From Enterobacteria phage GiZh, in the sequence record NC_054903.1: a stretch of 64,000 nt of DNA; one strand, 5' to 3'. Below, piece after piece: positions 56,567 to 64,000 of this stretch (positions are counted from its first letter, which is position 1; each line of letters starts with the position of its first letter). Below the pieces are notes generated by a model, which was not told the origin of the DNA, made no database searches, and saw nothing but the letters and a program-made list of their open reading frames with translations. A program made the position numbers and the translations under genes.

Positions 56567-56943
56567 CCTTCATCAACAATAGTATGCGTATTGGCATTTA
56601 CAATTTGCCACCAATCAAAGCGATTGGAACCATAATCTGGTTTGTTTTCATTTTCTTTGATAATGTCACGGAGTTCATCTTCAGTGGCGGCTTTCGCGAT
56701 TAAATCAGCATATCCACCACGAGGATAATAATTATCACCTGCAAAAAGTAAAAAGTTTGGTTTAATGTTATTGAACTCTTCAAGAGTAATAACCTTTCCT
56801 GACGGTTGAACAATCTCTACATATTTATATCCCAATTTTTGAGCAGCATCTACTGCTTCAAGCAAAGTATCATGAGCCCATCCAATTTGACAACCTGGCT
56901 TTTCAGATGGATTAGCCTGATAATCCGCATACACTTTGTACAT
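56563..56943 (-). CDS. hypothetical protein
   Basis: ATG verified at 56943-56941 (MYKVYADYQANPSEKPG...); track extension overlaps upstream ORF. Confidence 0.5.
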   Translation of the reverse strand: MYKVYADYQANPSEKPGCQIGWAHDTLLEAVDAAQKLGYKYVEIVQPSGKVITLEEFNNIKPNFLLFAGDNYYPRGGYADLIAKAATEDELRDIIKENENKPDYGSNRFDWWQIVNANTHTIVDEG

Positions 56944-56944
56944 T

Positions 56945-57130
56945 CTATTCACCTTTAGAAATTTTATCCATAACGATAGCAATTAAACCAATTAAAAATG
57001 CTACTACAAGTGAAAACACATTTTCTGCTGTAGTCAATAATCCGCATATAAATCCAACAAACATTGAAAAACTAAAAGCAGAAGCAGAAATTGCAATAGC
57101 AACATTTCGAATTAATTCACAACGTTTCAT
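56945..57130 (-). CDS. small membrane protein
   Basis: 61 aa; ATG 57130-57128 with GAGGAGAA RBS; two hydrophobic segments; directly after early promoter. Confidence 0.5.
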   Translation of the reverse strand: MKRCELIRNVAIAISASAFSFSMFVGFICGLLTTAENVFSLVVAFLIGLIAIVMDKISKGE

Positions 57131-57158
57131 TTTATTCTCCTCGGTAGTTGATAGGGTA

Positions 57159-57189
57159 ATAGTATCACTACCCTATCTAAAAGTAAACT
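57159..57189 (-). promoter_or_regulatory. T4-type early promoter
   Basis: minus strand GTTTACT, 17 nt, TACTAT. Confidence 0.5.
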
Positions 57190-57422
57190 TATTTTTTACG
57201 AAAAATTGATTTATTTTCTGCTGCCCATTTTTCAATAACTGCAGCAGGACCAGTAACAACAATTTTATCACCGTAATCTTCTGCGGCGAGTTGACCGAAA
57301 TTATCTAATGCATCACGAAGAACTCCATGAGGCATTTCACCCATTTTATCTTTCTTGCCGGTGTAAATAAACTCAACTTTTACATCAGAAGATTCAGCGA
57401 TAAACTCTTTGAAAGTTTTCAT
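57189..57422 (-). CDS. internal protein I-like (capsid-targeting N-terminus)
   Basis: ATG 57422-57420 gives MKTFKEFIAESSDVKVEF... (77 aa); track start 57488 is TTG inside the promoter -35; position upstream of 57B/57A as T4 ipI. Confidence 0.6.
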   Translation of the reverse strand: MKTFKEFIAESSDVKVEFIYTGKKDKMGEMPHGVLRDALDNFGQLAAEDYGDKIVVTGPAAVIEKWAAENKSIFRKK

Positions 57423-57456
57423 TTTGATTTCCATTTGGTTTTGTTTTGATAGAGTA

Positions 57457-57487
57457 ATAGTATCACTACTAAAACCCTGTGTAAACA
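57457..57487 (-). promoter_or_regulatory. T4-type early promoter
   Basis: minus strand GTTTACA, about 18 nt, TACTAT. Confidence 0.5.
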
Positions 57488-57498
57488 ACTTTGTGAAA

Positions 57499-57756
57499 TT
57501 ATTTTAAATCTTCTAATCGTTTCTTCATCTTAGAACCATTTTTAGCAATTTCTCCTGCATCTGAGCATAATGCTAAAAGCGCTTTAACTTTAGTTTGGTC
57601 TCCTTTAAAAGATGAAGGATCGACTGCAGCAGCAAGTTCTTTAATACGAGAGAAAAGACGCTCAGCTTCAGCTAAAGCCATTCCAAGCTTTACTTCCATA
57701 CCGTGGGAAGATTCGGTGATAGTAGTTTTTGTAGCAAACTCTTTGAAAGTTTTCAT
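57499..57756 (-). CDS. internal protein candidate (capsid-targeting-like N-terminus)
   Basis: 85 aa; N-terminus MKTFKEFATKT; ATG verified; own early promoter. Confidence 0.55.
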   Translation of the reverse strand: MKTFKEFATKTTITESSHGMEVKLGMALAEAERLFSRIKELAAAVDPSSFKGDQTKVKALLALCSDAGEIAKNGSKMKKRLEDLK

Positions 57757-57786
57757 TTTATTTTCCTAATTAATTTTGATGAGATA

Positions 57787-57817
57787 ATAGTATCACTACC
57801 TCATCAACGTGTAAACA
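57787..57817 (-). promoter_or_regulatory. T4-type early promoter
   Basis: minus strand GTTTACA, 17 nt, TACTAT. Confidence 0.5.
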
Positions 57818-57828
57818 ACTTTGTGAAA

Positions 57829-58525
<697 letters not shown>

Positions 58526-58526
<1 letters not shown>

Positions 58527-59239
58527 TATAGTACCTTTAGTGTATTTTTAATTTTAGAAAAAAGTTCTTCAAGAGAACCATCGTTTGTAATTACTAAATC
58601 GCCATCACGAATTGGCAATCCAGCTTCTGTAATATGAGTATCATTGGATTTTTGACCAGGACGAACTACATGAATTACTGTAGCACCCATCTCCCTAGCC
58701 GCATCCATTTCATGATCTTGACGAGTATCAGGAACGATATAATAATCATAACCTGAGTTAAATTTATCAAGATAATCTAAAGCAAATAATTTTACCCAAT
58801 ACATGCGGTCGAAGTTATTAACAATCAAATCCGTACCTAGGGCTTGCATCAGACGACGGACTGACCATTGATCTTCAATATTATTTATAACGTCAGCAAT
58901 CTTATTAAATGCTACGAAATTAACTGCGTCATCAAAAACAAACACACCTTTAATTGGGCTTTTACTATTAAGATAGCAAAATGCTTGTTCCATAATCGTA
59001 ATTACTTCTAATTTAGTCAGATTTAAATTAGTCTCACGATCATAGTCAATTCCTTCAAACTCTTTACGAGTTAAGCAAGGATAGTCAGTGTTTTCTGCAA
59101 ATACGCCCCATGCATAAGCTAATGCATCTTTAATAGGACCAGCAAGTTGATATTTAACTGCAGAATAATTATTCATGATAAAATCTGCAGTAGTATCTTT
59201 TCCACTACGCTTTACACCGCTTAAAAAGATTAGTTTCAT
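58526..59239 (-). CDS. 1: deoxynucleoside monophosphate kinase gp1
   Basis: ATG 59239-59237 with GAGGAGAAACAC RBS: MKLIFLSGVKRSGKDTTADFI... (P-loop); track N-terminal extension rejected. Confidence 0.9.
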
Positions 59240-59288
59240 GTGTTTCTCCTCAAATTTAATTAAGATTATAACACACAAAACTGAAGCA

Positions 59289-59819
59289 TTAAACTTCTGC
59301 TATAATTTTACCATCTTTTTCTACTTGAAAATAGGTGTAAGGAATCGTTGCAGTACATACTAAAGCCGGGTCTGAATCTTCTGTGTAGCTAAATTCTACT
59401 TCAGACAGGTCAGAAACCCAAGGCTTATAAAAATTTATTGACATCACGATTTCAGTTTTGCTATTATCTAAGATGTAAAGCGTAATGTATTCAGGACCTG
59501 TTTTTTGAGCAGTATTTTCACCTGTAAGATAGTTGCTAGTTCCTAGCATCCATTCATACATTCCTATCCACGACTTAAGTTCTTCATCAACTATAAATCT
59601 CACAATGAGTGGATCATACTCGAATGTAACACCTGGACGTTGTGCTCGGCCCAGTCCAAACGGCCCAGTCACGGTATCAGTAACAGGTATTCTAATTCCT
59701 GGAATAGGAACTGACTGAGCATTTAAAGTAAAAGCAGATGTAGTATTACTATGTGGTATTGATACTACAAAGTTAGTTGTATTTGCTTGGTTAAAAATTT
59801 GTTGCAGAGCTTGCGACAT
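59289..59819 (-). CDS. 3: tail completion / sheath stabilizer gp3
   Basis: ATG verified at 59819-59817 (MSQALQQIFNQANTTNF..., 176 aa). Confidence 0.8.
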   Translation of the reverse strand: MSQALQQIFNQANTTNFVVSIPHSNTTSAFTLNAQSVPIPGIRIPVTDTVTGPFGLGRAQRPGVTFEYDPLIVRFIVDEELKSWIGMYEWMLGTSNYLTGENTAQKTGPEYITLYILDNSKTEIVMSINFYKPWVSDLSEVEFSYTEDSDPALVCTATIPYTYFQVEKDGKIIAEV

Positions 59820-59925
59820 ATATTCCTCATAATGCTTTATAACTGTTGGTGGTATAATGGGTCTAAGTCCCTTCCATTCAATTCCATTTAGAACAAACAA
59901 CAGAAAAGAATGGAAGATAATAGAA

Positions 59926-60750
59926 TTAGATATTTGACCAGACTTTGTTTGCAGAGAAACGTTTTCCTTTTGAAACGAACTGCTGAAGTGGCATCAACAC
60001 AACGTTCGCCCAATCTTTCGGGGCGATTTCAACAAGGCTACCCATAATATTACCAGGTATATATGCCTTAATCATTTGGTCTGCACCCCTAAATCCTTTC
60101 ACTTGACTCCAATCAATTTTTAATTTCGTTTTATTAGTAATAGTAGGTGTATTTGAATATTGCTTTAAAAGCTCTTCTAGAAATTGCTGACGAGCTTTAG
60201 GTGGAATATAGTGCAAGTTTAATCCGTACATTAAATTATGCTTACCTAAACCAAGGTAAATTATCAAAGGAAATTTATCCCAGTAAGGAAGAGTTTCCTT
60301 GTGTTTAGCATCATAAGCAAAAGCATATATTCGTCCCGGCTGCGGGCGAACAACTTTATGTCCTTTTACTTGCTTAATAGTTTCAGCAAACCACTTTCTG
60401 GTTTTATTATTAATTGCTGCGCCTTCATTACGAATTTTATCACGCAATGTTTGCCTGAATGAATTTATCATAAGCAGTTGTCTTTCTTGCTTATTGAGTT
60501 TATTCATTGGTTTTGATTCAAGCTTTTGAATCTTTTCAGCCGTTTTAATTCCTGAAGCATATTTTGACATTGCCGAAGTAAACGTAGAGTATTTGATTCC
60601 TCTTTCTTCAGCAAATTGTTTTCCTGTCATTCCTTTTGCTTTGGCCTTTTTATATTCAAGACCTATTTGAATCCATTTCTTTTCGTTTAATGATTGCTTA
60701 ACCTTTGGAACTTGGGGAGTGCTTTCATTAATTATTTGAAAAATAGCCAT
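59926..60750 (-). CDS. 2: DNA end protector protein gp2
   Basis: 274 aa basic protein; size and position as T4 gp2; ATG verified. Confidence 0.8.
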   Translation of the reverse strand: MAIFQIINESTPQVPKVKQSLNEKKWIQIGLEYKKAKAKGMTGKQFAEERGIKYSTFTSAMSKYASGIKTAEKIQKLESKPMNKLNKQERQLLMINSFRQTLRDKIRNEGAAINNKTRKWFAETIKQVKGHKVVRPQPGRIYAFAYDAKHKETLPYWDKFPLIIYLGLGKHNLMYGLNLHYIPPKARQQFLEELLKQYSNTPTITNKTKLKIDWSQVKGFRGADQMIKAYIPGNIMGSLVEIAPKDWANVVLMPLQQFVSKGKRFSANKVWSNI

Positions 60751-61202
60751 TATGCCCCCTTAAAGCCAAGAGCTCGTAATCCATCTTCTGTTAGAATTCT
60801 AAATTTTATTCCACGCTTTTCAGCTAAAGACTGTGCTGCTTTCCATTTGTCAGTATTAACAGAATATGTATAAATTTCATTCATAAATCTTTTCTTCGCT
60901 GCGGTTGTTAGATGTGCTGGTTTAACTGGTGGTTGTGTTTCTTTTTTAGGTTTTATTTCAATAAAAAATTCTTGTCCAGAAGAATCTTTCATCCAAATAT
61001 CCATGAAGTATCTACGTTTTTTCCCTTCTGCATTACAAAAATAAGGAATTACTGCTGTTTCACTACCCCATGCAATAATTTCTGGATTTTTATCTAACCA
61101 TTCAAAAAAGAATTTTTCCCAATTTGATCTATACGTAATTTTTTTAGGGTCACCTCTATACTTTGATATATTTTTAGGAACCCATTTTCCAGAATATGCC
61201 AT
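60750..61202 (-). CDS. 4: head completion protein gp4
   Basis: 150 aa; size and position as T4 gp4; ATG verified. Confidence 0.8.
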   Translation of the reverse strand: MAYSGKWVPKNISKYRGDPKKITYRSNWEKFFFEWLDKNPEIIAWGSETAVIPYFCNAEGKKRRYFMDIWMKDSSGQEFFIEIKPKKETQPPVKPAHLTTAAKKRFMNEIYTYSVNTDKWKAAQSLAEKRGIKFRILTEDGLRALGFKGA

Positions 61203-61213
61203 TGGATTCTCCT

Positions 61214-61221
61214 TATAAATA
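61214..61221 (+). promoter_or_regulatory. late promoter (TATAAATA) for gene 53
   Basis: tataaata about 30 nt upstream of gene 53 ATG. Confidence 0.6.
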
Positions 61222-61230
61222 GATAATATA

Positions 61231-61238
61231 TTTATAAA
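61231..61238 (-). promoter_or_regulatory. divergent late promoter (TATAAATA on minus strand) for gene 4
   Basis: plus tatttata about 30 nt upstream of gene 4 ATG. Confidence 0.55.
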
Positions 61239-61249
61239 CAGGAGGGCCC

Positions 61250-61840
61250 ATGCTCTTTACATTTTTTGATCCGATTGAATATGCGGCCAAAACGGTGAAT
61301 AAAAACGCGCCGACTATTCCTATGACAGATATTTTTAGAAACTATAAAGACTATTTTAAACGCGCTCTTGCGGGATACCGCTTACGTACTTATTATATTA
61401 AAGGTTCACCACGCCCGGAAGAATTAGCAAATGCTATATATGGAAATCCACAGCTGTATTGGGTTTTATTGATGTGTAATGATAATTATGATCCGTATTA
61501 TGGATGGATTACTTCGCAAGAAGCTGCTTATCAAGCATCTATACAAAAATACAAAAACGTAGGTGGAGACCAAATAGTATATCATGTGAATGAAAACGGT
61601 GAAAAATTTTATAATTTAGTATCATATGATGATAATCCATATGTTTGGTATGATAAAGGCGATAAAGCTAAAAAATATCCTCAATATGAAGGAGCGCTTG
61701 CTGCGGTCGATACGTATGAAGCTGCTGTTCTTGAAAATGAAAAACTTCGTCAAATAAAAATAATAGCAAAATCAGACATCAATTCATTTATGAACGACCT
61801 TATACGTATAATGGAGAAATCTTATGGAAATGATAAGTAA
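61250..61840 (+). CDS. 53: baseplate wedge protein gp53
   Basis: 196 aa; ATG 61250 with AGGAGGG RBS; MLFTFFDPIEYAAKTVNKNAPTIPMTDIF... Confidence 0.9.
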   Translation: MLFTFFDPIEYAAKTVNKNAPTIPMTDIFRNYKDYFKRALAGYRLRTYYIKGSPRPEELANAIYGNPQLYWVLLMCNDNYDPYYGWITSQEAAYQASIQKYKNVGGDQIVYHVNENGEKFYNLVSYDDNPYVWYDKGDKAKKYPQYEGALAAVDTYEAAVLENEKLRQIKIIAKSDINSFMNDLIRIMEKSYGNDK

Positions 61841-63551
61841 TAACCTCAATTGGTTTGTTGGTGTTGTTGAAGATAGAATGGACCCATTAAAATTAGGTCG
61901 TGTTCGTGTTCGTGTTGTTGGTCTGCATCCACCTCAAAGAGCACAAGGTGATGTAATGGGTATTCCAACTGAAAAATTACCATGGATGTCAGTTATTCAA
62001 CCTATAACTTCTGCAGCAATGTCAGGAATTGGAGGCTCCGTTACTGGTCCGGTAGAAGGAACTAGAGTTTATGGTCATTTTTTAGACAAATGGAAAACTA
62101 ACGGAATTGTCCTTGGCACGTATGGTGGAATAGTTCGCGAAAAACCGAATAGACTTGAAGGATTTTCTGACCCAACTGGGCAGTATCCTAGACGTTTAGG
62201 AAATGATACGAACGTATTAAACCAAGGCGGAGAAGTAGGATATGATTCGTCTTCTAATATTATCCAAGATAGCAATCTAGATACTGCGATAAATCCCGAT
62301 GATAGACCGCTATCAGAAATTCCAACTGATGATAATCCAAATATGTCAATGGCTGAAATGCTTCGCCGTGATGAAGGATTAAGACTAAAAGTTTATTGGG
62401 ATACTGAAGGATATCCGACAATTGGTATTGGTCATCTTATCATGAAGCAGCCAGTTCGTGATATGACTCAAATTAATAAAGTTTTATCAAAACAAGTTGG
62501 TCGTGAAATTACCGGAAATCCAGGTTCTATTACAATGGAAGAAGCGGTAGCTTTATTTGAACGTGATTTGGCTGATATGCAACGTGACATTAAATCACAT
62601 TCTAAAGTTGGCCCAGTTTGGCAAGCAGTTAATCGTTCTCGTCAAATGGCATTAGAAAATATGGCATTTCAGATGGGTGTTGGCGGTGTAGCTAAATTTA
62701 ACACAATGTTAACTGCTATGTTAGCCGGAGATTGGGAAAAGGCATATAAAGCTGGTCGTGATTCATTGTGGTATCAACAAACAAAAGGCCGTGCATCCCG
62801 TGTTACCATGATTATTCTTACGGGAAATTTAGAATCATATGGCGTTGAAGTGAAAACCCCAGCTAGGTCTCTATCAGCAATGGCTGCTACTGTAGCTAAA
62901 TCTTCTGACCCTGCTGACCCTCCTATTCCAAATGACTCGAGAATTTTATTCAAAGAACCAGTTTCTTCATATAAAGGTGAATATCCTTATGTGCATACAA
63001 TGGAAACTGAAAGTGGACATATTCAGGAATTTGATGATACCCCTGGGCAAGAACGATATAGATTAGTTCATCCAACTGGGACTTATGAAGAAGTATCACC
63101 GTCAGGGAGAAGAACAAGAAAAACTGTTGATAATTTGTATGATATAACCAACGCTGATGGTAATTTTTTGGTAGCTGGCGATAAAAAGACTAACGTCGGT
63201 GGGTCAGAAATTTATTACAACATGGATAATCGTCTCCACCAAATAGATGGAAGCAATACAATATTTGTGCGTGGCGATGAAACTAAGACGGTTGAAGGTA
63301 ATGGAACTATCCTAGTTAAAGGTAATGTTACTATTGTAGTTGAAGGTAATGCTGACATTACAGTTAAAGGAGATGCTACCACTTTAGTTGAAGGAAATCA
63401 GACTAATACAGTAAATGGAAATCTTTCTTGGAAAGTTGCTGGGACAGTTGATTGGGACGTTGGTGGTGATTGGACAGAAAAAATGGCATCTATGAGTTCT
63501 ATTTCATCTGGTCAATACACAATTGATGGATCGAGGATTGACATTGGCTAA
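61824..63551 (+). CDS. 5: baseplate hub / tail lysozyme gp5
   Basis: 575 aa; MEMISNNLNWFVGVVEDRMDPLKLGRVRVRVVGLHPP, central lysozyme domain, C-terminal beta-helix VEGN repeats. Confidence 0.97.
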   Translation: MEMISNNLNWFVGVVEDRMDPLKLGRVRVRVVGLHPPQRAQGDVMGIPTEKLPWMSVIQPITSAAMSGIGGSVTGPVEGTRVYGHFLDKWKTNGIVLGTYGGIVREKPNRLEGFSDPTGQYPRRLGNDTNVLNQGGEVGYDSSSNIIQDSNLDTAINPDDRPLSEIPTDDNPNMSMAEMLRRDEGLRLKVYWDTEGYPTIGIGHLIMKQPVRDMTQINKVLSKQVGREITGNPGSITMEEAVALFERDLADMQRDIKSHSKVGPVWQAVNRSRQMALENMAFQMGVGGVAKFNTMLTAMLAGDWEKAYKAGRDSLWYQQTKGRASRVTMIILTGNLESYGVEVKTPARSLSAMAATVAKSSDPADPPIPNDSRILFKEPVSSYKGEYPYVHTMETESGHIQEFDDTPGQERYRLVHPTGTYEEVSPSGRRTRKTVDNLYDITNADGNFLVAGDKKTNVGGSEIYYNMDNRLHQIDGSNTIFVRGDETKTVEGNGTILVKGNVTIVVEGNADITVKGDATTLVEGNQTNTVNGNLSWKVAGTVDWDVGGDWTEKMASMSSISSGQYTIDGSRIDIG

Positions 63552-63561
63552 TATACTTCCA

Positions 63562-64000
63562 ATGAGCGCTGATTTAGGAGAATCCATGGAAGGTTCTTCT
63601 ATCGACGTCACCTTTACCGCTCAATTAGAAACAGGTGAAACGTTAGTATCTATAAATATAACTAGTTACGAAGAAACTCCTGGGGTTTTAGTAGAAGAAA
63701 ATCGCTTATACGGAACGTATGAATCTGTATTTGGTTTTGGAAATGACGCGTTGAAATATCGTTTAGGTGATGAATTTAAAACTGCTGCTTCATGGGAAGA
63801 ACTTCCTACTGATTCTGACACTCAGTTGTATTTGTGGAAAGCTCCTCAAAATCTCCAGAAGACATTCACTTACGAAGTAACATTAATATATGACTACCAA
63901 GAACAAAGTGAATCTGGAGGTTCTGGCAGTAATTCTAGGTCATCTTCTGATACTACTGAACCGACGGATCCTCCTGCTCCAGTAAGAAAAACTCTAGTTA
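63562..64000 (+). CDS. hypothetical protein (5.1 position), 3' end beyond window edge
   Basis: ATG 63562 (MSADLGESMEGSSIDVTFTAQLETG...) open to end of window; Ser/Gly/Pro-rich segment near 63900. Confidence 0.5.
   Translation, partial: MSADLGESMEGSSIDVTFTAQLETGETLVSINITSYEETPGVLVEENRLYGTYESVFGFGNDALKYRLGDEFKTAASWEELPTDSDTQLYLWKAPQNLQKTFTYEVTLIYDYQEQSESGGSGSNSRSSSDTTEPTDPPAPVRKTLV

Noticed and set aside
57423-57488. N-terminal extension of the ipI-like ORF
   Set aside because: Track start is a TTG inside the promoter -35; the CTS-bearing ATG at 57422 is the plausible start.

Overview
This window reads as a contiguous segment of a T4-like (T-even, Tequatrovirus-type) myovirus genome, collinear with the T4 map from soc to gene 5. 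All identifications rest on reading the translated ORFs, remembered T4 protein sequences and gene order; no database search was run. Almost every gene is on the minus strand, in tightly packed early/middle operons: soc, 56, 61, sp, dmd, 41, 40, uvsX, 42, imm, 43, regA, 62, 44, 45, rpbA, 46, 47, a-gt, 55, nrdH/G/D, 49, nrdC, tk, regB, denV, e, nudE, a 10-tRNA cluster, internal-protein genes, 57B (Acb1), 57A, 1, 3, 2, 4. Genes 53 and 5 follow on the plus strand. The ORF track allows non-ATG starts, so several listed N-termini are artificial extensions over promoters; starts were corrected where the ATG and ribosome-binding site (RBS) could be checked. Conserved T4-type early promoters, MotA-type and late (TATAAATA) promoters and hairpin terminators are resolvable. 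The most interesting content is in accessory positions: five genes with a capsid-targeting-like N-terminal leader, a non-T4 glycosyltransferase beside gene 42, two GIY-YIG-like homing endonuclease insertions, extra tRNA-Tyr and tRNA-Asn, and several paralogous gene arrays. No CRISPR array, integrase or transposase was seen.
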